A stretch of 64,000 nucleotides of DNA, taken from assembly GCA_030704615.1 (NCBI GenBank), contig CM060733.1:4030001-4094000 (forward strand), written 5' to 3'. Numbering within the stretch: position 1 is the stretch's first letter; each line of letters begins with the position of its first letter. This document shows, in pieces, positions 1 through 13,250 of this stretch. The notes beneath the pieces were generated by a model. It worked only from the letters and a program-made list of their open reading frames with translations, was not told the origin of the DNA and did no database searches. The position numbers and the translations under genes are program-made. Source of the DNA: Takakia lepidozioides. Lineage: Eukaryota; Plantae; Bryophyta.

Positions 1-598
1 CTTATGTTTGAGAATCAATTGTTCACTTGAAAGAACAGGAGTAAAACCAATTAATTTTATTGACTAGTTAGGCATCATCACAGGTGCTCTCTCAGAGCAG
101 ACTTCTCTATCTCTCTGACTCTCACTCCATGCCTCTCTTGTCTATGGAGAAGATCTCTCCCATACACATAGTTCAGGACAGCACACCCTTAGTCGTCTCT
201 TGGCCTCCAAGGCCTGAAATCGACCACCACAATTTCTCCAACATATTTCTTGGTTTTTGGACCATTTTGTGTGTGAGGTCATAGCGGTGACATCGTAATA
301 TACTAAACATGTATTTCTCTGAGTTGACTGTTCATATTCACTCCTTGAAGGGTCATTGAAATACTAAATGTTGAATATCTCAACACCTACTCTTGCATAC
401 CGTCCCCTGCAATCTAAAACACCCTCTTCTCCATAGTTTTTCCTACATTGCTTGTGACACACCTGCAGGACTGACCGTCTTATGCAGTGGTTCAAATGGT
501 TTCTTGCAACCCTACTGTTAGCTTACAAAATAGTGACAAATTACGACATTTCTGCCCTTGAAATGGCCCAAAGTTTTTCATGGTTCTTGCTGCTTGTG

Positions 599-1331
599 TT
601 ACCAGTACTCTCCATAAGAACGAACTCCATCTTCCACTGTGGTGAAAGCAATGGGAATGGCGTACAATAACTGCTCGCCCAACAATCTTCGAGATAACCT
701 TGATGGTATGAAAATCACCACACACCCAAAGGTTCTTGATGACATGGATAGGTGTCCCTTGTGGTGGTGCGCTGATGAGCCCAAAAGCAATGGCCAGCTT
801 CTCACTACGGTTGCAAAGAGTGTGTCAGGCATGTACCCAGCCTCCTTCATCTGCCCAGACAAGCTCCTCAACTCAGCATAGATATCTGCAATTTATCGAT
901 GCAAGTTTATCGTCCCACTTGCCACCTTCAGCATAGATATTCGATAGCAGCACATAAGCTGCAGGATGAGATGTCAGCATGGACCTTTCCGGGGCTCTTA
1001 GGCTGGCAAATGCATTGAGGACGCAAATGAACGTGACCTTGTCTGGCATCACCCCTCCATTGCATTCTTTTGTACATCTCAAAAGCCTCCCCCACCCATG
1101 CCTAGTATATCCTGCAATCATGGCATTCCATGAGACCACATTTTGTTGAGCCATGTTGTCAAACACTTGGCGCGCTTCCTCCATGCTACCACATTTCGCA
1201 TACATGTAGGCAAGGGCTGTCTGCAGAATTATATCTGCTGCAATTCCAGCTCTCATGATCTCGGAATGGACCTCTTTGCCCTTTTCCAGGGCTCCTAAGC
1301 TGGCACACGCTTTGAAAGCGCAAGTGAACGC
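599..1331 (-). pseudogene. PLS-class PPR protein with C-terminal DYW domain, degenerate fragment
   Basis: PPR motifs (ACASLGALEKGKEVH, MYAKCGSMEEARQVFD, VVSWNAMIAGY) and E-domain AAYVLLSNIYA. A frameshifted DYW domain follows ([35 protein letters not shown], ending GEYW*). Zn ligands are altered (HSE->RSE, CxxC->CGDF). Confidence 0.85.
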
Positions 1332-1460
1332 GCCCTGTTCGGCATCACGGAGGTTACAATGTAACCCCAAGGAGTTACACTCCCCGAAGTGTAACCCGGT
1401 GTAACCCTGAGCGCCCTCCCGTGTAACCCAGTGTCACCCCGACTGGAGTTACACTCCCTT
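1332..1460. mobile_element. Probable DNA-transposon/MITE end with GTGTAACCC / GGAGTTACACTCC subterminal repeats, truncating the PPR fragment
   Basis: PPR coding frame stops abruptly at GCCCTGTTCGG (Tourist/Harbinger-like start), followed by a cluster of GTGTAACC/GGTTAC motifs. No partner end identified. Confidence 0.4.
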
Positions 1461-1875
1461 CAGTTCCATGTCACTCTCCAGAGAGAGTGGGGAAGATTTG
1501 ACATGCCGGAAACCAGTAAACCATCCTCTAGAGATTGCACACGTGCATTAAGTTCTTATGTTATTCCTAGTGTTCTTCTCATTTTAGGTGCTAGAATACA
1601 GAGGAGGTAGCTCTTTTATGAGAGAAGCTCTTGTTGATCTTGTCAAAATTGTCTGTGTATTGTTTGAGGTAATGCTTGTATCCTGTTGATTATTCCACAA
1701 GGCTGTCACACTTCTGTCAGTCAGTGTACCTGGCAATTATCAAACAATTATCTACGTCACATTTGACCATCAACATAAAGTGTGAACTTTCTTCACTTTT
1801 CTTTCCACTAAAACTCTAGTAGCATGCCAATCTGTACAATACGGGTATTGGATGGGTATTGCCTTTGAATACTAG

Positions 1876-1985
1876 CCGGTCCGGTTATTAACCCTAGTAT
1901 TGGAATTGCCAGTACCAGCCGGTTCGGTTATTAACCCTAGTATTACAATAGCCAATAGCAGCCGGGTCGGTTATCCAATACCCTG
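1876..1985. repeat. Tandem repeat, ~43-bp unit, 2.5 copies
   Basis: GCCGG(T/G)(C/T)CGGTTAT... starts at 1876, 1918 and 1961. Confidence 0.65.
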
Positions 1986-3084
1986 ATTGATACCCTCGAT
2001 TGATACCAGGCCAAACCCTATATACCAGTCCAACAAAGGCCTGTTCCTGCTCTTGACATCCACAAATCGAATGTTAAAAGGCACGCAATAGACTTCGCAA
2101 GAGCCGGCAAGATGTACATTGAAATGGTCTTCTCCACCACTGTTGGTAAGGCTTCGTCCATAAGCTTCCTCCGTGAGTAAAACACAACATGTGGATTTTG
2201 GTTCAAGACCATCCTTATCAACCATGGTGATTCCACAAAAGACAAAAACACAGACTCCTTTGCAATGAACAAAAATAAATCCTTTATAAATTGATTTTGC
2301 TTCTCATCCTAGATTGCATATGGAATATTTACATCTACATTCACATCTTGTTCTCTTGTAGATTTTGTGGAAGAAGACATCCCAAGTGATGCAGCTGGAA
2401 TTTCCGAACTTAGTAATCCCAATTGAGCTTCAGAGTCATGATTGTGCGCCCTTGCCAAGACATTATCAGGTTTTCGAACACTCGTACATCCATTTCTAAT
2501 TCATCAAAGTAATCTGGTTCCATGTAAATAATCAAACAAAATAAAAAATGTACATGCCAACAACATAAACATATTTGACATGAACTCAACCTTCCCAACT
2601 ATTGATCAATCTGACCACTTCTCCTTATTCTAATTCACACACCACAAACACAATCCTTGTTGCATTCATGAAATACAATGTATGTGTAATAATAATTGAG
2701 TTTCATTAGTATTTGAATATAGATCATGGTCTATTTTCAACGGTTACAACCATTACATCAACTTGACAGAACTGCCAAGAGTTTTTCATAACACACATAA
2801 TTATCTAGTCTCTACTCTCTAGTGATATCTATATCATATTAAACATATGCATTTTCAAAACCATTGATCGTTGCATCATATACATCATGAGACCATTTGA
2901 TTTATTGTTCAACCATCTTATAACGTTGATTTGGGCTGTTTGTATAAGGTAGATGAACAATATCAAGGTTTGTTGGCTAGCTGATCAGTGATAGACCTGC
3001 AACAAACAGACAACAGAAAGGTTCATGAAGCATGATTCAACATGACACATTGCAATCAATTTTTGAATAATGATTTTTAAAAAA

Positions 3085-4202
3085 CATGCTCTACAACCCC
3101 TCGATGTGGCTTGCTTTAAGCCCTTCAAAACTAAATTTCAAAGCATTCGTGACTCTGAAATGCTGAAAAGAAGCTTTGTCGAACCCGACAAAAAGGCATT
3201 GGCATCATGGGTTGACCAAGCTGTTAAGGAGGCTCTATTACCTCAAAATATTCGGGCTGGTTTTTGCACCACTGGAATTTGGCCTTTCAATCATCACGGT
3301 AAAGTTGGACTTCTGAACAATTTGATGTTGAAAGAGAGGAACCTGAAACAGGGTCAGAGAGCGAGAATGATGAAGCAGAGGTCAAGGTAGAAGCAAATAC
3401 TTCTGTTGGAGCAGCTGCACTTATTATCCATGATCGAAAATAGTCCACTTGATACGAATGAATATCAAGCATCGAGGAGCAACAAGGAGACAAACACAAG
3501 TGTGCGGCCTTCTCTACCTCTCGGTGAGAGTACTTCACTCATTGACATAGCAAGTGAACAATCCCAGCCAATCAATGATGCTACTTACATGGAAGAAAGT
3601 CAACTGCAACATTTTTTTGTGGGATCATTGCTGTCAATTTGCAAGGAGCCACAAACTAGGTTTATGATAATGGACAGAGTTCAGAAATAGATGTGCAGTG
3701 CACACAAGATACTTACCAGTCAAGCCAGTCCCTCTTTGCATTGCCTCGATTTCCAGCCAAGCCTACAAAAAGAAAAGAGCCATTAGTTGACTATGCCAAT
3801 TCCATTGTCATGACCTCTACGGAGTACACAACAATCATGCAACAAAAAGCCCTTGTGAGAGAGGCTGCTGAAAAGGAAAGAGAGAAGAAACGGCGAAAGA
3901 GAGAAGAAAAGGCGTGACTGAAGCAAAGAGACACACGTTCTGCAGCCGAGAAAACAAGTGAGAAAGCCATAGAGAAACGCCAAAGAGTGGCGTTTGATGC
4001 TTATTGGCAAACACATAATGTCAGCGCTATGGGCAATGCTTTCCATCAAGCCATCAGAAGTGGGGTGACTGCTAATCCAAACATCTATTATGGTGTAAAC
4101 CTTGGAATGTTAAGTCCTACTCAAAGAGCAACAAGAAAGAGAGTGTTGGAAAGAATGAGAGGAGACAAGGGAGTCAATGGAAATTTAGGTCAGCCAATGT
4201 GA
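3085..4202 (+). pseudogene. pogo/Fot1-type (DDE_1, Tc1/mariner superfamily) transposase, C-terminal remnant
   Basis: HALQPLDVACFKPFK (QPLD motif) and NIRAGFCTTGIWPFN, then a charged coiled-coil tail broken by frameshifts and stops. Confidence 0.7.
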
Positions 4203-7200
4203 CCTGCACTTACGGCCATCACGAATTTGCCAATGCCCCAACTCTGTTATCAGGGACCAAGCACAATGGCAGGTTACTGTCGTGACACTGCATAGACATG
4301 TTTCAGATGTGATTCATTGTCTATTATGATAGTAGCTAGTTATATTACATGTTTGTTCATTTCAAATGGAGTTCATTATATAGCATATCATATTAGACAC
4401 AGTGTTTTGCTTTGCTTAGTGAAACATTTGAGGACTTATCATTGTTGGTTTTAACTTCAACTAATAGCTATCAAATATTTATAGCCTGTAGTAGAACTCT
4501 CTGTTTTTATCAGACTCAATATCAAGCACTATACGTTTTTGTCATGCCAAGAAAGCAAGGAGCGAACATGCCCTACTTCTATGAGAACAATTTTGTGGTT
4601 TTCAGTTTCTCGGCTTATGGCCAGAGCCTATTAGGTTGATGTGACAACTTATTGACATTATCACTATCTCAACTTTCTATTGTTTAAGCTGAAGTATATG
4701 TTAGGGTGAATCTGGCTTTTGAATGAGCTTCTACAGGTCACTGGTTTGATATGGTAATTTTTCAGGCATTGTTCTGGAGTGGCCATGGAAGCTATGACTG
4801 TTAAGATCTGAAAACAAAGTCTCTACAAGTAAAATAAAAAAGATCATTCCGCGATGATATGGGGCAGTAGAATGGACCTGTTCATTCTCAGATTCATATC
4901 AGGGTTGTTGTATGAAGCATCTTAAGATGGAAGCTGCTTATAGCCCTCAAATAGCTTTCATTTTTTCAAGGTCTTAGTTATGTTGCATTTCCACAGAGAA
5001 ACAGATAACAAGCATGAAAGAGGTAAGCCAGTGTAAGACAAAAGAGAAGAAAGAAAATGATGAAACATGGTTCGTAGTAAAATACCTCTAGTAGAAAGTC
5101 GACATTGCATTGCATCGCATTGCACGAGTTCCTATCAAGCTCTATAGAAATCTTCTCAAACCTGCACATCATGCCCAAAGAAGAAAATGGGGAAGAACCA
5201 AGCGGAGATAACGAACAAATGAAACATAAACATGAGCAGATAAGAAACGTATCGCGGCGAGGATCTTCGCCTTCTCTGTCTCTGAGCAATGGCCTTCCCA
5301 CACAGAGCCTCTCCTCCATGATTCGAACCATGCGCATAAGCCAAAAACCACGAGGAGACAGCCGTAGCAAGATAGAGGAACTTCTATATCCGAGATCGTG
5401 ACCACCTATGCGCAACCACCCACAGGCATAAATCCGTCAAACTCTAATGCATTATATCGGTCATTTTCACAAATCGATGCAGGAATGATGATTGGTCATA
5501 GGATACTGTCACTATGGTGATTGACTCGCTTTATGAAACTAACAGGCTTTTACTATCGCATTAAACCAATGGGTTGACAATGGTCATAAATATCATTAAT
5601 AATGTTAATAGAGATCAATGGCAATGGCCATGGAAAGGCCAAGTGCCTATTTGACTTCTCGCACCTCATTTGGACCCCTTATACTTTAAGTCTTCGTACA
5701 TGTATTAATTCTGGGCCAAAACTAGTTTTTTTTTTTTTTTTTCATGTGGTAGCCTACATCATAAGCTTTCCAATGGATGAAGAATGGATGAATTTCATGT
5801 AATTGTCTAATCTGTAGAGTGTAATTTCTCCTTATTTGGTTGGTCATAGGCTGTTCTACCCTACATAATTGGTCCCCCTCAGGCACCATCCTCGGCCGCA
5901 AGTCTCGCCCTTGACTACTTGGCTTCTGCTAGTTGGCCCTTTAGTGGGTTAAGCTATGTTTTCATCCCTTGTGGATGGGTTTCTCCTTGTATGCATTTTT
6001 GGATTCGCCCTCGCCACTCATGGCGTGTTTGCTTTATGGCCCCATGGGGTTTATTTTTTTCCCCACATTAATAAATTTTGAGGGCTTGAACCTCTCCTCT
6101 TGTTGTTATTTATTTTTACCTATTTTTTTTAGATCGCGCTCACGAGCTCCACAATCTGCAGTGAGAGAGTGTGGGACTTCACCTCTTTCTAGTTTCTCGA
6201 GCTTTTGTTATCCCCTCTTAGTGCTCTATCCTCTTGGCATGCGTACATGCTGTGGAGTGAGTAGAGCTTGATAGCCTTGTAGAGCTTCTCCTTTTGATGT
6301 TGGGTTGTCTGACACTTCTTTGTCAACTCGGGCCTCGCGTTGCTCTTTCGTTACTTCTTCCTCTTCATCTTTACTCTTGACAGCCTTTGCATCTCTCGTC
6401 TGATCCACAAGTCCTCTGTTTGTCATTCCCATATGGTTTTAAGTGGTTGACGGATTTGGTTTCCTGAAGCTGGCTTTTGTCCACTTCATTGCTCCTCGGT
6501 GGCCAAAGTGCCGCTCCCGGTATCTTCTTCTTTTCCCCTTTACTCTCGTCTGGCATTGCCAAAACTCTCTTTTGTTGTGGCAGGGTTCTCCACTCGTGCT
6601 TTGGCTTCATTGCTGGATCATGTTCGTTTTGGAGGTTGTCGATTTATTTGTTGGTCTGGTATTTCGGTTGCATTTGTGAGACCTTGGCCTATTGAACATT
6701 ATGGTATTACGTCTCTTTTATGTACTCTCTTTTCTTTTTATTATGTTGTTCATTTTTACTCATCGTGTCTTCGAGAGGTGAGTCAGCTTGACATGGCTAT
6801 CATTAATGAACAAACGAAATAACTGGAATAGATGGGGTTCTGTTATACTTTCCTGGCAGGCCTTGCAATCACAAGTGGGTCTGTGAATGGATCATTCAAT
6901 ACTTAGGGAAGTTGGGCGACTTGCACAAGCAATTTCGCCACACTCTTGCAGGGAGGGCTTTTTCTTCGATATTATATTTGCCTCGTTGGATAATTCTTTC
7001 TCTAAATCTCTCTCTGCTTTATCGATTCCTTCCTCTTTGCTACCCTCTTGATCATAGTCTATTTCATGCGCTAATTCTCCCCCACATATATATATATATA
7101 TTTTAATCTTCTCTCTTATGTCTCTCTCATGAGCTGCGCACATGAGCACATTGTCGGCTCTCCCGCTCATCCAACACGTGACAGCGTTATGACTCCAACA

Positions 7201-8711
7201 TGATCTCCTTGAAATGACAACGGATAACCAGTAAGGATGGAGACATGCCTACGCAGGATGTGCCTAAAAACATATGTCAAGTATCAGATCACCCCCCCCC
7301 CCCCCCCCCCCCCTTATTCTTCATGCACCGAGTTCTCAACATCCAAGTCCACCCTTGCACCACTACACAAGGGTCATTCAACTGCGGAAGTAATTTGCTC
7401 TCCTCCAAGTACATATCATCTCCAAGAAAACACTACAGCACCAACGTGCAATGTGTGACAATGACACAGAGCACCTATGAACTGAGATCACCCCTTTGCA
7501 GGCATCTCTTGTAGAGAACAACAACAAGTAGATAATACGGTGAAACACCCAAGCGACCAAGACTACAAACATGTGTCTTTCCAAACTTGAAGTGAAGTAA
7601 GATCCTTAACAGATAGAGGGGACCTCTCAAGTCCCTAGCAGAATTGGAAAAAACATTCTCTACTTTTACGATAGATGTGGCATTCCAAGAAACATTCGAG
7701 CCTTTGGATCGAACAAATACTACTACACAACCCTATTTCTGAGATCAGCTGCCTCTCCCCGCAAGCATGTGTTCACCCTCACAAAAGAACTGGAGATCCA
7801 CAAAGTAGCTACTTATTGTATGGCTAAGGAGCTTAGGGACTTGAGTTTAGCTCAGAACATTTATTAAAATCATGCAAAAATTCTGGAGCTAATGAAGTTG
7901 GTCATTTATTTATTTTCTTAAAAACCCAAGAATCTCTCACGAATCACAGGTGGTGCTTGATAAAAATCTCCAATGATTATGACATCTAGGTTTCACCAAA
8001 AAATGATAGTGTATGTGTTTGATTGATCTTAATCCCATATATATGAATATAAAAATTATTTTATTGCAACGAGAGAAAGTTTCAACCTTTCTGTCATTGC
8101 AGGTTCCCACCGACTCGATACTAATGAGTCGAGATTTATGCATACCTCCGAGACGAACAAGGAGGCACATGGAGGGAGAGGACTTGATCAGTGACGGCCA
8201 TTCATGATTAGATTCAGCAAAGGGGCCAATTTTTGCACATTCAAAGACATAAAATCCAATACACGAGTTCTAGCAAACTCCATACCAAGGCTCCCATACC
8301 AATGCTCCTCAAAACTACTGATTTCTTCTTATTTGCAACAGGTTTGAAATAAATCAAATATTGTTTATCCAGTGATAGGGGATTCCAAGAACAACCCTTC
8401 ACATCCCCCTAAGAGCTTATTATCTACAAAGTGTCGTGGTCTCTTACAAAAGAAACATGTCTCATTCTTCTTCCGCCTCCCTCTCCAACTTGTTTTCTTC
8501 TTTGACCACTTATATATTTCATTTTCTTACATTGAGGTTTCTTTCCAGTATAAAAAATTGTTGTTAGGAGGTAGACTCCCCGCCCTGAGTTTAAATTTCA
8601 ATAAAGTGCCGAGGTAGGTAGGCCCTTTAAGGAATAATTTAATTTAGAAAAGAGAAAAATTGAAGATTTATTTGCAGATGTGCTCCACACGAGTAAAAAC
8701 AACAACAAAAC

Positions 8712-8747
<36 letters not shown>
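8712..8747. repeat. (ATG)12 microsatellite
   Basis: Direct reading. Confidence 0.95.
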
Positions 8748-10179
8748 CTTACAAGACCAAAAAAGAGGCAGAAACCAAATAAAAGTCATGGTGCTAAAGT
8801 TTTATTGGATGAATATGATATCCTGCCAGTTTCATGCAAAGGCAACTAATGCTTTGTCGGCTCTTTCTATATCTGGTTGTCTGTCTGAAAAAACCTATTA
8901 TCCTGCATGTACATCCAATGGTTGTTCCTTCCTAATTGTTCTCAAACTTTCAATAAATCCTTTGTCATCCTCGTGATCCAACCTTTGTCTTCGCCAATTT
9001 CAAACCCATGACATGCTGATACATTTTTTTTGCAATTCTTGAAGCTCATTGTTGCTTAAATTTTGATGCATAAGCAAATTCGTTGCCAAATAGGCTCTCA
9101 TGATGTCCACCAAACCCCTGCCACCCAAATGCAGACACTCCTCATCAATGGTGGCTAAAAGAATTGGCAGGTATGTGGAACCCAAAGCTTCATCTATTAA
9201 AAGATGTTCATCATTTGTGAGTTGTCCCCTTCGTTGCATGATCAATTTGATATAGGTGTTGTCCGTCTCTTGGATTTAGTAGCCTCCCCTCGTACTGCAA
9301 TTGCGTTTCGTCAATGTTGAACGCACTTTAAACATGACGAACACTACTAGACTAAAAAATATTTTAATAATTAATATTTTAAAAATATCTATAGTTATAT
9401 AAAATTATAAATAATAAATATAAGAAGATTTGGAGATTGATAAATATGAGTACGTTATTTTATAAAATACACTAAGTTATTTTATATATTTTTAATGTTA
9501 TAATAAATTCAAGAAAATAACAATAAATCAACAATAAAATCATCTATAATTTACAATAAATTGATATTAATTTTTAAAAAATTAAAATATCAATATTATA
9601 AAGAGTAAAATATAAATACATTAGATTAATTTTACATGTGCAACTAACATTTTAACCAAAAACTGACAACAAAAATATTTTGAAATCTGATAGTGAACCA
9701 TCACTAATGTCAAAAGTTTTGTGTTTAATGTTTTGCATTCAATGGCATCAACTAAAATGGATGGTAATTAACTTGAATCAAACTATCTAAGCTGCATCGT
9801 AATCTACGATTTTAGAGACAGGGCTAAGTGCATGTTGTGTCTCTCAATCGAATTTTGGAGAGTGACCAACTACACTCACACGATTCTTTCGATATTGTGT
9901 TGTCAAGAGACGAGATTCATCGAGTCCTATAATTGTATACAACCATTTTTTTTTAATATGACAATCAACTCTAGAAGCTGCAGTTGTTATGCAACCATGA
10001 ATGTATCATTGTAATGTACATGGATGGACAAATTCAGATGGTAGATCAGACTTTGTGTTTACAGTTGAGTAGATGTTGATTGAACTGATACAAAAGAGAG
10101 ACAAATTTGATTAGAGAGGCTTTGGAGAGAGCAAACACATAAGCAAAATTACACACAATCATTTTTTTTATTAAGAAAA

Positions 10180-10600
10180 TTGGACGATTGTTCGGTAGTC
10201 GTCTGGTCGTCGTTCAATTGTCCCCCGCCCGTCAACTTTGCTCAGCGAACGCATGAACAATAAATAAAATAAATAAATGCATAGCCACCATCGTTGTCGC
10301 TCAGCAAGCGTCCAAACCGAGAAATAAAAATAAGAATAAAAATGAAACGTAACCATCGTTGTCCAGCAGTCTCTCTTCGCCAGAAGGTTGCCCCAACTAT
10401 AACCCGGGTATCGCCATCATGCAGCAGTCGTCCAAAGCTGAAAATAAAATTAAAATTAAATACAAACGTATAGCCATTGTCGCCGGACGGTCGCCCTGCA
10501 GTCGTCCAACTGTCGCCCGGCCGTCACCATCGTCAAACCAAAATAAAAAATATTAATATTAGTTATCGTTGTTTTGCGGTCTATCATTGCAAAATTACAA
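10180..10600. repeat. Degenerate ~60-65 bp tandem array (CCATCGTTGTC / GTCGTCCAA cores with A-rich spacers), likely a transposon subterminal region
   Basis: Repeated CCATCGT/GTCGTC motifs separated by AAATAAAA tracts. Confidence 0.5.
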
Positions 10601-12213
10601 TCGTTGGTTTGTTGATGCTACGGGATGTGGTCTGCATGGCGACACATGACAGGTCTATAATGGTTTTTTTTTATAATTAATAATGGTTGTTCTTTTGTAT
10701 GTCCTACATAAAGAGGTTACCTCCATATGGATGCTAATAACTAAATCCACTTTGCCTCCTAAAGTGTCATTTTGTAGAATGATTCTTAAACCCTTAGATT
10801 ATGCCCATTGTTGGGGAGAATGCATAAGATGCATTGAGGGACTATTTTCTAACCAATGAATATGTGGAAGGGCACGGATATTTCTATTTAACACCTACAG
10901 ATGATAACACAGTTAAAAGTGGATAATGGCTTGTCCACTTTTATTGTAGGAGAATTGAAATGGCGTATCTCCAATAAGAGGTCGTAGCCATATGGTGAAA
11001 TGATATTTGTTTGTGTTGACTTTGGCTAAAGTTTTTTTTTTTTTCATTTGCAATAGAATCGTTGATGGTAGTTCTGAGTTTACATCAATACCTTATAACT
11101 AAAGTGCGAAGAGTTTTGTTATCACTGGCATGAAACATTGTAAATCTCAAATTTTTCAATATTTAAGGGTCTTTTATCTATACATCAAATATTTATCTAC
11201 ATAATTATAATATAATATGTACATATATTACAAATATATATTTATGAAAATCATATGGGAGAAACATCCATAATAGTATATCATAATGCATCCAAGAATT
11301 CCAACCATATTTTATTCATATATGACATGTCTGGTTTTCATCATTTCTGTGGAACAACATTTGTGATATATTTCATCCACTTATCATACTCTTCATTAGT
11401 AAAAAGTCTACATTTCATTCCTGCCTGCGTCCCATATCGTTCTAATTTTGCCGGTGAGAGAGCTCGGCGGAGCTCCGCCCTCCCGCCGTGTCCACATCCG
11501 TGCCTTAGCAGTATCTTTAACCATGACTAATCATTTAGGGTTCTACCTACCTAGTCTTATTAACCCTTCAAATATGCGTTTCCACTATCCTATCCATGAC
11601 TACTACGTCTGCGAAGCATTCTTCAGCCGTCATCGCTACCTCCCATCTCCCTCTCCCTCTCTTCTCTCAGCAGCCTGCCCTCTTTTCCCACCTCTCTATT
11701 TATTACCATGGCCTTCGCCTCATCATGTTGCTAAAATAAAACCAGTTTTAAAAAGTTTCACAATATCATAGAGGCCTCTCTATTTCGACGGACCCTTGCC
11801 TGAATCATTAAATACATGCAGGTCGCCAAGTTCGGCAGGCTTATTGACAATATTAATTTTTTCGTTCAAGCTTCATCCAGTTTTTCAGGAATTCGGCACT
11901 CATGAGTACTTGTCATTACATTAGGTGGGTCATGTCAAGATTCACGTACAGTTGACATTCTCTATCGTAGGTCATAGTTATGGTTAGTCATAACTCTCTG
12001 GCAAGCCATAGTCATGGTTAGTGGTAAATATGTTTAATAAGTCTCAAACTTTGTATTTTTTTTTTTTTTCCTTTTAAACTTGACGTTTTCACTGCCATAT
12101 TGCCACATTTTGTTTTCAAAGTTCATCTTTTTAAATAAAGATTATTCCCATATTTCGTCTACTCCTTGGGCAGAATTTTAAAATATTCGTTCTTTCGTAA
12201 AGTGAACTAATTA

Positions 12214-13250
12214 ATGTCGGAAAAGAGCGACCTCTACGGTGTATATGCTTTCTGGTGTATCGCAATACAAAAAGAGGTCATAGCTTTGTCTGCTCTTTGC
12301 TATTCGCTAATAGGCTCCAAGAGGACGATTTGCCACAGCCGTGCGCTGCTCACTCTGGCATCGCAACTACCTACTTTTGTCCAGATGAAAAAAATAACAC
12401 TATTTCATCAAGTACTCCTACAGCTACGACCGCACGGGTCGGCACAAAGTTCACAACACCCCCGCGGACCAAGTATATCTATACAGACATGCTCAAAAGC
12501 CACCGAGAACATGACTCGACCCAATCGCTATGGTAACATACAATCAACGACCTTATTGTTCTCTTTGCTTCTTTTCCCCCTCCTTCGAGCTCTTCCATGT
12601 TCTGTTGACTCCCTGGGACCAGCAAAATGCGTCGATGGAGCACATCTTCTCGATCACCACCACCCGAAGTCTTTCCCTCAGCACTACCCTTTGGATGCAT
12701 CTAACTCACACGTCTCATACACACAAGAGCAACCTCCGGAGGGCACTTGACGGGCGACCGCATCTCGTGAAATATCCCCAACCCGAGAGTTTATCAGGAG
12801 AGCTCATAGCTGCCGAAATAGAGCGACCCCACGCACGCAGCAGCAACAGTTCGTCTTGGCTTCAGCGCCGTGGAGCTGACAACCAATGGAATATCCGAAG
12901 AATTTGATCCACGGAAAGACATCGAAGCATGACATTTTGTGGGTGTGCATATTGAGGACGAACAAGTACAAAGTGGTGTTCCATTTTGGGTGGACAAAGT
13001 GTTGAACATAACGCGACAAACGCGTGATGATGGCAAAATCCATATTATGTGGTACTAGTCGAAAACACCAAAAACAGCCTAAAAATGTAATTGTAGTGTC
13101 ACTACAATACAACAATTGTTTATATAGAACTTGGGTACTAAGTGATGATGGTGAAGACGACATTCCAGTGGACTCTGTATTTCATGGAGAAATACAGTTG
13201 GGACAAACCAAACCAAAATATGGCACAACAAAAAAACAGAGACGGTAATT
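12214..13250 (+). pseudogene. Decayed coding region of unknown family, probably transposon-associated
   Basis: Protein-like stretch across stops (FVGVHIEDEQVQSGVPFWVDKVLNITRQTRDDGKIHIMWY). Family not recognised with confidence. Confidence 0.25.

Noticed and set aside
7292-7313. Poly-proline ORFs here and poly-glycine/proline ORFs at 27311-27335
   Set aside because: Artefacts of C/G homopolymer runs.
8598-8789. Poly-histidine ORF
   Set aside because: Translation of the (ATG)n microsatellite.
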